Below the pieces are notes generated by a model that saw only the letters and a program-made list of their open reading frames with translations, did no database searches and was not told the DNA's origin. A DNA stretch of 64,000 nucleotides from Pelagomonas calceolata (lineage: Eukaryota): NCBI GenBank assembly GCA_918797485.1, contig CAKKNE010000003.1, forward strand, positions 2,728,001-2,792,000. Direction: 5' to 3'. This document shows, in pieces, positions 10,087 through 20,137 of the stretch (positions within the stretch are counted from its first letter, which is position 1; each line of letters opens with the position of its first letter). A program made the position numbers and the translations under genes.

Positions 10087-10539
10087 GGCTCTTCTTCTTG
10101 CTGGCGATCTCCCGCGGAGGGCGATGCGTGTGCTTGTGCCTCGGCGCAGTCGCTGCGCTGCTGCCTCGACGGCAATGCGTGTGAGCCTCGATACCGTGGC
10201 CGCACAGGTCGCAATCGGTGCGGAATCCGGTTGCCGGCAGTTCTGTGGTCTAAATTTAGCCTCCGCGGCTATTTCACTCGCTCTGATTCAAGCTTAAATT
10301 TAAGCTTGGGCTGGCGCGGCGCGAGAGGATAGTTCACAGCGTCGTGTAACACACTAGCAAGCCGCGCTCACGAGTCCTAGCACCGTAACAACGGCCAGCG
10401 CCTCTCGACAGCGCTCCTGGATGACGTCTCGAGACGGCGTCCGCGCCGGGGCGGCGTCCGAGCTCACGCAGAGGCCGCGCCGAGAGAGTGCCGAGAGAGA
10501 GAGAACCAACTTTAGAAACACAGGAGGGGGACCGACTCT

Positions 10540-11154
10540 TCAGCCGCAGCACGACGTCCGCTTCGGCGGCGCCGCGTCCAGCCTCGCTTCGCCCGCGGGC
10601 CGCGCCGCCTCGCTCTTGCGCTGGACGTTCGTCACGAGGGTCGTGAAGATGCGCCCCACGTTCTCGTCGTTCTTCGCCGACGTCTCGAAGAAGTCCGCTC
10701 CACTTTTCTGGGCGAACTCCGCGCCCTCCGCCACTTCGACCTCCCGGCCCTCCTCGAGGTCGCACTTGTTCGCGGCCACGCAGAGGACGATGCCCTCGGG
10801 GCCCCGTTCCTTGAGCTCGTCGACCCACTTCTGGAGCTTCTCGAAGCTTGATTTCTTTGTCATATCATAAACTAAGATCGCGGCCGCGGCGCCGCGGTAG
10901 TACATGGGCGCCAAACTGTGGTACTTCTCCTGGCCCGCCGTGTCCCAGATCTGGCACTTGCAGGGGCTTCCGTTGTTCACGATCATCTTGGACATGAACG
11001 ACGCGCCGATCGTCGACTCGCCGTGCGGGCGGAACGTGTCGGTCACGTAGCGCTGCGCGATCGAAGACTTGCCCACGCCCGAATCTCCGAGCAGCACGAT
11101 CTTGATCTCGCGGCAGCGCTGCGCCGGCTCCGTGCCGGACGAGGCGAAGGCCAT
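10540..11154 (-). CDS. Rab small GTPase (Rab5/Rab22 group)
   Basis: GDSGVGKS, STIGASF, WDTAGQEKY, YYRGA, NKCD, ETSAK and C-terminal CCG prenylation motif. Confidence 0.95.
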   Translation of the reverse strand: MAFASSGTEPAQRCREIKIVLLGDSGVGKSSIAQRYVTDTFRPHGESTIGASFMSKMIVNNGSPCKCQIWDTAGQEKYHSLAPMYYRGAAAAILVYDMTKKSSFEKLQKWVDELKERGPEGIVLCVAANKCDLEEGREVEVAEGAEFAQKSGADFFETSAKNDENVGRIFTTLVTNVQRKSEAARPAGEARLDAAPPKRTSCCG

Positions 11155-11472
11155 GCTGGATATATGTAGGTGACCCGGGGGAGCTTGTGACGGCGTGACG
11201 TGCGGAGGTGCTGTGTCTGTCGTCGACAGGCGGTTCGCGCGCGCACGACGGCTCCCTCTGACCGTGGCTCCCTACGTAGCTTTGGTGATTCGCGTAGAGG
11301 AGCTTGCTCCCGAGATTAGCTAGCGGCGTGTAAGGCACTAGCGAAGCGGACGCAATCGCAAAGCAGCCGCGGAGCGCGCTATTAACCGTGCGAGGGCGAG
11401 TGGCAAGAGTGTTTGCTACCCTTTGTGGCATACCGCTACGTTTGCAGCCAATTGCTAGAGCTGTGCTACACC

Positions 11473-11931
11473 ATGCTGCTCGCCGCGAGCGCCGTAGGCC
11501 GCCGCGCACCAGCACGACTGCTCGCGACGTCGACGGCGCGGCGCGCCCCAACACGACTGCTCGCGACGACGCCGGCGCGCAGCGCACCGACACGACCGCT
11601 CGCGACAACGGCGGCGCGCCGCCGCAACGACCGGCCGGCCGTGAACCAGCGCCTGCTGCGCCTCGTCGACGACGGCCCGAGCCCGGGCGCGGCCGTCGGC
11701 GACCTCTGGGCCGGCGTCGAGGACGCGCAGGGCGCGTGGCCGGCGCGCGACCGCCTCGAGAGCAAGTCCGACATGAAGCGGCACCTGCGCTACCTCACGT
11801 CGCTGAAGCTGTTGAGGACCGTGCCGGGCGAGCCCTTCCGCTACGCGCTCAACCGGAACGCTTACGTGCGGCGAGAGCTTGAGGAGGAGGAGGACGACGC
11901 GCCCGCCGCCGCCGAGGATTCTAAACAATAA
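11473..11931 (+). CDS. Hypothetical protein with Arg/Thr/Ala-rich, mitochondrial-type leader
   Basis: GC3-biased ORF from ACACC-ATG at 11473; acidic C-terminus; stop converges with the next gene. Confidence 0.65.
   Translation: MLLAASAVGRRAPARLLATSTARRAPTRLLATTPARSAPTRPLATTAARRRNDRPAVNQRLLRLVDDGPSPGAAVGDLWAGVEDAQGAWPARDRLESKSDMKRHLRYLTSLKLLRTVPGEPFRYALNRNAYVRRELEEEEDDAPAAAEDSKQ
11503..11619 (+). repeat. 3 x 39-bp tandem repeat in the leader (RAPxRLLATxxAR)
   Basis: Units start at 11503, 11542 and 11581. Confidence 0.75.
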
Positions 11932-11936
11932 CTGTG

Positions 11937-12798
11937 TTAACTCGACGCGTCGAACGACGCGAGGACTGGCGGTCCCGGGAACGCCGTCAATACCGCGTCC
12001 GCGGCGAGCGCGTTCCAGCGCAGGCGCACGCGGGCGGGCGTACCTTCTTCGATGCGCTCGGCGACGCAAAAAGAAATGCCGCCGGGCGCGTCGACGGTCA
12101 GGCCGCCATTGTCGGACCAGCCGTACGCCTCGACTGCGCTGTGAAAGGCGGCGTCGTCGTCGGGAAAGGCGTCGGTCCGCTCGCGCGACAGGACGCACCG
12201 CCGCAGCGCGAGCGTCTTATCGCTCTCCGGCGCGAAGGACGCCGTCAGCGTGCAGCGCCGCTCGCCGTCCGCGAGAGCAACCTCGAAGGACACGCCACCG
12301 CTCCGTAACAAGCTGGGCCCGACGGCGGCGCCACGGCCATTGACCTGTGTGGAAATCAAATTTCAGGCGCCCAACGGCTTCCACGCCATCGACGCGAGGT
12401 GCCTCCTAGCTACTGTGGTTGATTTCCACACAGCCATTGACCGTAAAACGGCCCAGCGCGCCTTGTTTGTACGACCCCGCCGGGATGTCGCGCCACTCGA
12501 TCGTGTCGGCGCATCGGTCGCAGCCCGAGGCCGCGAGCGCTGCTGCAGGTACTTTGAGCACGTGCGTCACTTCGTCGTCCTCTCGGCGCAAGCAGGTGAT
12601 CGCGACCGAGTCCTCGTCGACGACGGCCGCGGAGGCGTCATAGACCGTCTTCGCGCCGAACCACTCGCCGACGTGGTACGCCGTGAAGCTCTCCCACTGC
12701 TCGCTGTCCGTGGCGGCAACGACTGCTCTTGATCGGCGCCGCGGCGACGGCGTGAGGTAGGCATGGGTGACAGCCGAAATGCAGAAGAATTTGAGCAT
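11937..12798 (-). CDS. Probable plastid-targeted DUF3598-like beta-barrel protein, 254 aa; exons 12442-12798, 11937-12344
   Basis: Signal peptide plus transit-like leader (THAYLTP); QWESFTAYHVGEWFG resembles the DUF3598 N-terminus; the two ORFs join after removing 12345-12441. Confidence 0.65.
12345..12433 (-). mobile_element. Introner element IE-4 (intron 12345-12441, GT-AG, 97 nt), inverted relative to the other copies
   Basis: Perfect 15-bp TIR CTGTGTGGAAATCAA / TTGATTTCCACACAG; perfect TSD CCATTGAC at 12337-12344 and 12434-12441; frame restored (RFT|VNGRG). Confidence 0.93.
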
Positions 12799-13180
12799 CG
12801 CTGCGTGCTATCTTGGCTGTGTGCAGGCTCCTGCTCTCCGTAGCAGTGCAGCTCCCGGAGTGCAGCAACCAAGCAGCACTGGCGCAGCAGTAATGCAAGT
12901 TATGACTTTTGAAGCCGCGCGCAGCGTCCTGTCGCGAGTCTTTGGCACACGACGCGCCGCTCAAGCTCGGCTTGCTTTGTGCTTGCTAGTGTCTTACCGG
13001 CCGCTAGCTCAACTGCTCAATGAGCAACTCGCTCTCTCTCAAATGCGTATAGTATACAGCAAGCTTATGTCAGAGTAGCCAGGCCCTCATTCGAGGGGAG
13101 AGGCGCTCGGTGGCGAGCGCCACGGAAGAACCGTCGCCGTCGACGGAGTGGGGCGCGTCGGCGGCGACGACGCATGGTGT

Positions 13181-13606
13181 TCACCGGCGTCGCCGGGCGA
13201 GGCGCTCGTTGAGGCGGAGAGCCGCCATGAGGCCGCGGTTCTTGTTGATCGGGAAGCACGGCAGGATGGGCTCCCGACACGACGGGCAATGGAAGGCGCC
13301 GTCGTCGCCGCCGAACCGGTCGCGGAGCGCGACGACGCAGAGGGCGCAGATCTCGTGACTGCCGGAACAGGGCAGGACCATCGGCGTCCTTGTTTTGCAG
13401 TCGAACGGTTCCGCACAAACGCTACACTCGAGGTCCAGCTCCAGGTCCGACTCGCTGCCGACGACGGTCTCGTCTTCAAGGTTGTCGACTATGACGCCAC
13501 GACGACGTGGCGGCTCGTCGTCGTCGCGCGATACGACCTTCGCGAGCGGCGACGGCGGCGCGAACGGCTTGGCCTCGGCGCTGAGCCGCCGCTCCGGCGC
13601 GGCCAT
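13181..13606 (-). CDS. Small RING-finger protein with N-terminal PAM2-like motif
   Basis: RING ligands CSVC...CSGSHEICALC...CPSC; LSAEAKPFAP resembles PAM2. Confidence 0.8.
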   Translation of the reverse strand: MAAPERRLSAEAKPFAPPSPLAKVVSRDDDEPPRRRGVIVDNLEDETVVGSESDLELDLECSVCAEPFDCKTRTPMVLPCSGSHEICALCVVALRDRFGGDDGAFHCPSCREPILPCFPINKNRGLMAALRLNERLARRRR

Positions 13607-13812
13607 CGCGCTTTATTCGCGTTAGGTCACCCAGTGCTTGTGGGGAAGTTTCACAACAGGCGCCTGATTCGACCGTTTTCGCGACTCGGCGCTCGGTCTG
13701 TGGATGTGGACGAAACCACTGAGGTTCCAGGCCCAGGATATGGCCCTACGGGACGGCCGGACGACGCACTTGAGTAAGGTGGCAACATTGTTGAGCCAGG
13801 CTAAACACACAC

Positions 13813-15582
13813 TTACTCCCCACCCCCCTCCCCACCCCCCTCAAACCACGCGAGCAGCTCCGCCTCGCGCGCCGCCCACGCGCTCGCGTCCGCGCCAGCG
13901 GGCCGCTTGAGCCGCGTCTGCGCGAATGGCGCGACCGTCACGGCACCGGGCGACGGCTCCATGGCCAACGCGCCGGCGAAGGTCTCATCTGAAGCCTCCA
14001 CGAGCAGACCCCGCAGAGCAGAGAGCACGGCGACCTTGACGGCCGCGTCGGCCACCAGGCTCCGCGCCTCGACTTTCGAAAAAGCCACGGACAACGGCAG
14101 CTCGGGTCCGAGCAACGCGGCGCAGAACTTGCCCAGGTTCGCCGCCCGCCGCGCCGCTTTGCGCGCATCTTCAGAAGCATCGGAAGCCTTGAAGGCGTCC
14201 CAGCACGCGAGCTTCAGGCCGAAGGCGAAGTCCTTTGACTCGCCTCTCCGCAGCTTCGCGACCGCGGCGTAGAACGGGTTGTAGGTCGGCTCGCCGCCGC
14301 AGCAGGTCTGGAGGACGCCCGCCGCCGTGCGGTCGTCGCAGAGGCGCTTTGTGGAGAGCGCGTGCAGCGCCGTCGCGGCATCATGAGCGTCGGCCGCGCC
14401 CGCGACGCCGCCGAAGGCCGCGCGCTTCGCCGGCGTGTTCAGGCGCAGCGCGCGCATGGTCTGCTCCTGCTTTGATGATGGCGCTTTCGCCGCCGCGCGG
14501 CGCTGGGCGACGTCGTCCACGAGCGCGTCCTGCGCGTGCCGGTCGTAGGCCGCGCCGCGGCGCCACCAGCGGCCCGTCGCCTCGGCGTTCCTCAGGTCGC
14601 TCCAGGATAGCGCGAGCGGCGCGTCGCGCGCGCGGCCATTTGGCACGGCCCTCGCGACCGCCGCTCTTAATGATTTCGACCGCGAGACGTCGCCGGGCTT
14701 CGAGGCGCACGCGGTCCGCAACGCATTTTTGGCTTGGAGCAACCGCGCGTCGTCGCCGCTCTCGTCTTTGAGGGCGAGCTTGCTGAGGCGCCCTCGTAAA
14801 TCACTCCGACGCCAGACGTCGCGACTCCCCGTCGCCACGACGGCGCAGGCCTCCAGCGCGTCGGCCGTGCCGTCGTCGCGCAACGCTTCGGCGTACGACA
14901 TCGTGAGCTCGCCGCCACATAACCCGACGTCGCAAAACGCCGCTAATAAAGCCGCGGCGTTGCCCCGCCGCTTGCCCTCTGATTCTAAATCCGGCAGCAA
15001 CGCCTCCAAAACGTGCGCGCCGAGCTCGCGGCCGCCTTTCGTGTCGGCGGCCGCCATCACGGCCGCGTAGGGCGGCACCAAAGCCTCCATGTTCTGGGCG
15101 CCGTGGACGCAGGTCTCGCGCATGTGGCTTGATACAAAGGCGTGGACGTCGTTCGCCGGGAACCGCGCGTAGGCGGCGCAGATCGCGTCCGAGGTTGCAT
15201 CTATATTAGTGTCGGAGACCTTGTTCAGGGCGCCTCTCAAAACGTCGCCGACCTCCGCCGGCGCTTCGTTGTTGAGGCGCCTTCTTAAAGAGGGCGGCAC
15301 CCACTTCTGGTCCGTGGGCCTTCCATAAATATCCTGGCCTTCTCTCGGCGCGTAGTGCGCCTCAGTCGTTTCCTCTTGCTCCACAGACTCGGCGTCGCTC
15401 GAAGAATCGTCTCCACCAATCAGGTCGGCGAGCGGGTCGTCGTCCTTGGCCTTCTTGCGGCCGCCGAGCTTCTTCTCGAGTTTGGCAATTAACGCGTCGT
15501 CGTCGTCGTCTTCATCCGTCGTGGTGGGCTTCGGCGGGCGCTTGCGCTTCTTTTGCTTGAGCTTCTGCTTTAATGACGACAT
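13813..15582 (-). CDS. Nucleolar MIF4G/MA3 domain protein (NOM1/Sgd1-like)
   Basis: IAKLEKKLG, DIYG, KWVPPSLRR, GALNKVSDTNI, GRWW..GA, LRLNTPAKRAAF, EPTYNPFY; ATG at 15582. Confidence 0.85.
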   Translation of the reverse strand: MSSLKQKLKQKKRKRPPKPTTTDEDDDDDALIAKLEKKLGGRKKAKDDDPLADLIGGDDSSSDAESVEQEETTEAHYAPREGQDIYGRPTDQKWVPPSLRRRLNNEAPAEVGDVLRGALNKVSDTNIDATSDAICAAYARFPANDVHAFVSSHMRETCVHGAQNMEALVPPYAAVMAAADTKGGRELGAHVLEALLPDLESEGKRRGNAAALLAAFCDVGLCGGELTMSYAEALRDDGTADALEACAVVATGSRDVWRRSDLRGRLSKLALKDESGDDARLLQAKNALRTACASKPGDVSRSKSLRAAVARAVPNGRARDAPLALSWSDLRNAEATGRWWRRGAAYDRHAQDALVDDVAQRRAAAKAPSSKQEQTMRALRLNTPAKRAAFGGVAGAADAHDAATALHALSTKRLCDDRTAAGVLQTCCGGEPTYNPFYAAVAKLRRGESKDFAFGLKLACWDAFKASDASEDARKAARRAANLGKFCAALLGPELPLSVAFSKVEARSLVADAAVKVAVLSALRGLLVEASDETFAGALAMEPSPGAVTVAPFAQTRLKRPAGADASAWAAREAELLAWFEGGGEGGGE

Positions 15583-15934
15583 CAGCGGCGACGGATGGTG
15601 GTCCTGCGTATCGCTGTGGCGAGCGTAATATGGCTGCAGCCGGCAGTGTCGCCAGCACACGCCCTAGAACTCGGACTGGAGTTGAGAGATTGCAGTAGCG
15701 CTGTCAGTGCAGCACGAATAGTACTTTTGCGTGCGAGAACAGCTCGCAGACACGGCCGCGTCGGCCTCGCGTTTTTGCAAGCTAGCGTGAAAGAGACACT
15801 TGGATTGCAGTGCGTTTGCCAGCCTCAAAATCGCCGTGCCGCATTGCATACGCAACCAAGCATCCCTCACGAAAGCCATCGTTACTCACCGCTGTAACGC
15901 AGCACCAACCTTTTGCAACCGGCACCAAACAAAA

Positions 15935-17303
15935 ATGCTGAAGCTGCTGCTCTTGACTGCAGCACTGTGCAGCGATGCCATCACGCCGCCGAAGAGCAAG
16001 CTCAATGCACCAAAAACCCTGAAGCAGCGCGGCGGCGGCGCCATGACCGAGACGCAGGCCACGGTCTCGCTCTTCAAGACCATCGTCGGCGGCGGCATCC
16101 TCGCGCTCCCCGCTGGCATGGCTGCCGGCCGCGGCACGGGCGTGCTGCCGGGCCTCCTGATCCTCGCGCTGCACGCCGGCGCGTCGGCCTACACGTATTC
16201 GTTGGTCGGGCGGAGCGTCGCGAAGACGCGCTCAAAGACGTTCTCGGAGCTCTGGAGTGCCGCGTTCGGCAGGGAGACGTCCTGGATTATTGATTTGATT
16301 ATCGTTGGCGTCGCCGGCGGCGCGGCGCTGACGTACAGCTGTGCTTTGTGCGGCGTCCACGCCATCGCGCAGACGCGGTTGACGACGCGTCCTCGCAGGT
16401 TTCACGGGCGACCTCCTCAAGCAGCTCTCGGGCATCGAGCGCACGCGGGCCATCGCGCTGCTGACGCTGTTTCCCATCGGGCCCCTGGCCCTCCTGCGCG
16501 ACCTCTCCGCGCTCAAGCATTCTACCATAGCTGGTTTGATGGCCGTGGCCGTCTCGGCGCTCGTCATCGTGTCGCGGAGTCTGGACGGGAGCTACGGCGA
16601 GGGCGGCGCGTTCGCAGGGTGGCTCGCGTCGTCGGAAAACGCCCTAGACCAGGTCTCGACGACGCAACTGTCCGTGGGCTCCGCGGTGCTGTTCAACATG
16701 CTGAGCACGGCCTTCATGTGCCACACGAACGCCGTGCGAGCCTATGATGAATTAGGACCGAAGCACCGCCACGCGAGCGTCGCGCGGAAGGCGTTCGGCC
16801 TAGCTGGATTGCTCTACGGCGTCGTGATGCTCGCGGGCTACGTCACGTTCGGAGGCGCCTGCGAAGGGTTGGTGCTGGCGAATTATGATGCGAACGACCC
16901 GCGGGCGCGCGTCGCCTGGATCGCGACGCTCGTCTCGTTACTGTCGTCGTACCCGCTGCTCTTCACGGGGTTTAGGGACGCCATGTGCTCGCTGCTGGGC
17001 GTCGCGACGCCGGGGAAGTTCCTGCCCTTCGCCGGGCTCTCGTTGTCGTTGCTGGCGGTGCCGGTCCTACTGGCCATCATCGTGCCCGACGTCGGCTTCG
17101 TCGTGTCGCTCATGGGCGCGTCGCTCGGCGCCGCGCTTATATTGGTAGTGCCGTCGCTCATCGGCCGCCGCGTGCTGGCGGACAAGGACTGCGCCAAGGG
17201 CGAGCGGGGGGCGATGCGCCTCGTCGCGGCGTTCGGCGTCTTGGTCGGGCTGTTCGGGACGACCGTGACGGTGCTGGAGACGTACACGGACCTGCTCTCG
17301 TGA
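15935..17303 (+). CDS. Amino-acid transporter (Aa_trans / SLC38-like), 436 aa; exons 15935-16340, 16399-17303
   Basis: SLFKTIVGGGILALP, LRDLSAL, AFMCHTN, GYVTFG, LANYD, SYPLL; 58-nt GT-AG intron 16341-16398 restores the frame; N-terminal signal peptide. Confidence 0.9.
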
Positions 17304-17523
17304 GTCGATCGCTATCGCTCGCTTCTTAAGTCTATAATACATACTTTACGCCAGGAGGCGCCTCAAATACCGATGCCGTCCTTCGGCCGGGGAGGAGCCC
17401 GTTCGGGGTCGATGATCGGCCGGAGGAACTTGCCCGGCACCGGCAAAGGTTTCAGAGGGTCCTTGTTGCGCACGCGCGTCGGCCGCACGCCCTGGGCCTT
17501 GGCCCGCGCGAAGGCCCGCAGCG

Positions 17524-19068
17524 ATGGCCGCGGCGGCCGCCGGGCCGTCGTTCCTCGCGGAGGGCGCGACGCCGCGCCGCCGCCGCGCCTCCGCCACGAG
17601 TACGACGCCACCGTCCGCGCCGCGCGCCCTGGGCGCCTTCGAGCTCGACGACGACGACGAAGCCGACGACGACGGCGGCGGCGCGCCGGCCCCGCTCCCG
17701 CCCGCCGCGGGCGCGCTGAGCGCGCTCGCGGCGCACGCGGCGCCCGCGCCGCCGCCCCGGCGCGTCGACCCGCGGACGCTGCTCCCCGTGGCACCGCCGG
17801 CACCGCCACCGACCCCCGACATCGCCGACGACGACCCGCTCTGGCTCGCGGCCGCGGACGCGGCGTCGGCCCTGGCCGACGAGCACGAGCGCGACCAGGC
17901 CGCGGCGGCGGCGCGCCGCCGGGCGGCCGCGGACGCTGCGCAGCGCGAGCGGGGCGCCTTCGCGGGCCTCGCGCCGGACTTCAAGCCCGCGTGCCATTCC
18001 CATACCATCGTCGACGGGCGCTTCGTGCGCATGGAGGCGACGACGCCGGCCAAGGTCCGCGACGCGCCGACGCCGCGCCGCGCGCCGCCGCAAATCCCGC
18101 GCCTCGGCCCGCCGCGGCCCCGCTACGACCCCCGGACGATGATGCCGCTCGCGTCGCCGGCGCCGCGCCGCGTCGATCCGCGCACGATGCTTCCCCTGGC
18201 GGCCGCGCCGCCTCCAACGCCGCGCCGCCTGGTGCCGCCGACGCCGCGGCGCGTGGTTCCGCCGACGCCGCGCCGCCTGGTACCTCCGACGCCACGCCCG
18301 CGCGCGACGCTCCCCCTGGCCGCGCCGCCGCGGCCGACGGCGCCACCTGCGCCCCCGGCGCCGGTCGAGCCGGGGCGCGACGCGGCCGCGGCCGCGGCCT
18401 GGTCCGCGCTCGCGGCCGAGAACGACCACCTCCGCCGCGAGAACGACACGCTCCGCGGCGAGGTCGACGACCTGCGGCGCGCGGCGCAACCCGGCGGCGT
18501 GTCCTGTCTGCTCGCCGCCGCCGACGAGATGGACGACGGCGTGTCGACGGCGGCTCTGACGCCGGCGGACCGCGTCATCTCCATCACGCGGCCGGCCGAG
18601 ACGCCGTCGTCGATCAGCGACTGCCTGACGCCGACGCAGACGCAATCGCAGACGCCCGGCGGCTTCAGCGGCGGGAGCGCGCCGGGGCGCATGGAGCGGC
18701 GGGTCGACGGCGACGAGGTGACTCCAGCGTGGCGGAGCCGCTCCGGCGAGCGCGCCGAGACGCAGGAGGAGACCTGCTCCGTCGACGCCGTCATGGACAT
18801 GCCGCCGCCGGGCTACCGCATCGCCGACTCGCCCGTCGCGCCGGCGCCGTCCCAAAAGAAGAAGAAGAAAAAGAAGGCAAAGCGCCGCCGGCCGCCGGAC
18901 GAGGCGCGCCGCGCGTCGTCGGCGTCGGATCCGGTGAAGCGCCCGCGCCGGTCCTGTACCGAGTCCTCCTGGGGCGCCAAGCCGGACTACGGCTGCGCCG
19001 CGTACGACGACAGAGTCGATGCGGCGGTCCGCGCGGGCGCGGTCCTGTTCCCCAAGCGGTCGTGGTAG
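17524..19068 (+). CDS. Pro/Ala-rich hypothetical protein with short coiled coil and basic NLS-like tract
   Basis: DPRTxxPxA and VPPTPRR repeats, LAAENDHLRRENDTLRGEVDDL, KKKKKKKAKRRR. Start and gene structure uncertain. Confidence 0.55.
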   Translation: MAAAAAGPSFLAEGATPRRRRASATSTTPPSAPRALGAFELDDDDEADDDGGGAPAPLPPAAGALSALAAHAAPAPPPRRVDPRTLLPVAPPAPPPTPDIADDDPLWLAAADAASALADEHERDQAAAAARRRAAADAAQRERGAFAGLAPDFKPACHSHTIVDGRFVRMEATTPAKVRDAPTPRRAPPQIPRLGPPRPRYDPRTMMPLASPAPRRVDPRTMLPLAAAPPPTPRRLVPPTPRRVVPPTPRRLVPPTPRPRATLPLAAPPRPTAPPAPPAPVEPGRDAAAAAAWSALAAENDHLRRENDTLRGEVDDLRRAAQPGGVSCLLAAADEMDDGVSTAALTPADRVISITRPAETPSSISDCLTPTQTQSQTPGGFSGGSAPGRMERRVDGDEVTPAWRSRSGERAETQEETCSVDAVMDMPPPGYRIADSPVAPAPSQKKKKKKKAKRRRPPDEARRASSASDPVKRPRRSCTESSWGAKPDYGCAAYDDRVDAAVRAGAVLFPKRSW

Positions 19069-19458
19069 GCCTCCCCGATCGTCCCTTCCCCTATAAGCAC
19101 TCGGCTTTCGATTTTCCTTGCGGTAGGAGCTGAGAACATCGCGGCCGGCCGACGCGGCGGAGAGATGTTTGGGATGTATAGTTACGGTGCTAGGACTAGA
19201 CTTGCTAGTGTCTTACCTGCGCTAGCTAAATGGTAAGCCACAAAAACACTCGCCCTGGCTGACGCGAGCGTTGTGTGCAGTGCTTGCATCGTCTATTCGA
19301 CCGCTGCGACCGCCGCGCTCGTCGCACCGCATCGCTGGTTTGCAGTGCTCCAGTACCTGGGCATCCAGCCTGAGCAGTGCTGTGGTGTCACTCACGCGTG
19401 TGCGTGGTGCGTCCCCTGACGAGTGCTGTCACTCCAACTGTGCGTGCGTCCTCTAACG

Positions 19459-20097
19459 ATGGACACAATAACCCTCAATGTGCCAACTCTTCCATGCGTC
19501 GGCCTAGCTGCAGCCGCGGGACTGCTCGCATGCAAACTCATCGCGCCGCGACGACGCGCAGACGAAACGGAGCGTGGTCCCCTGCCCGCGTGGCTCGACG
19601 AGCTCGAGGACGACGAGAGCTACGAGCGCGTGCGGCTACCGGAGTGGGATAACGGGACCGAGTGGCGGCGAAAAAATGGTTTCAAGGGGTCTGATTACGT
19701 GCACGACGCCTGTGCGGCGGTGCACGTCCCGCGCTACTACCTACGAGGGGTGAGCGGCGGTGTCGGATCGAAACTCGTCGGCGCCGCTCATTTCGGGCCG
19801 GGCGCCGAGAGCCACCGGGGCCTGTGCCACGGCGGCACGATGTGTTCGCTCATGGACGACGTCGTCGGCTGGACAGGGTTCTGCGCGACAGGAGTTTGCA
19901 AGCCGTGGAGCGGCTTTACGGTGCAGATCAACACGGCGCTGAAAAAGCCCGTGGACGTCGGCAGTTGGCTGCGGATCGAGGGCGAAATTGTGAAGATCGA
20001 CGGCCGGAAGGTGTCGGTCAAAGCGCGCCTCCTCGACGTCGACGGCGACGTCCATTGCGAGGCGGAGGGCCTCGTCGTTTTGAAAAAGAAGTCTTAA
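19459..20097 (+). CDS. Hotdog-fold acyl-CoA thioesterase (PaaI/THEM4-like)
   Basis: ESHRGLCHGGTMCSLMDD, FTVQINTALKKPV, DGRKVSVKARL; N-terminal hydrophobic anchor. Confidence 0.85.
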   Translation: MDTITLNVPTLPCVGLAAAAGLLACKLIAPRRRADETERGPLPAWLDELEDDESYERVRLPEWDNGTEWRRKNGFKGSDYVHDACAAVHVPRYYLRGVSGGVGSKLVGAAHFGPGAESHRGLCHGGTMCSLMDDVVGWTGFCATGVCKPWSGFTVQINTALKKPVDVGSWLRIEGEIVKIDGRKVSVKARLLDVDGDVHCEAEGLVVLKKKS

Positions 20098-20137
20098 TAT
20101 GTATAAGTTTAGTTCACAGCAGTACTATTTTCATAAT

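Noticed and set aside
11156..11280. Possible 5'-UTR introns (Rab gene; also ~32573-32772 and upstream of the LHC gene)
   Set aside because: Plausible GT/AG ends, but there is no reading-frame test or TIR/TSD to support them.
17524..19068. Simple inversion of the middle of a minus-strand gene starting at 19139 and ending at 17363
   Set aside because: Frame arithmetic: no breakpoint pair keeps both junctions in frame.
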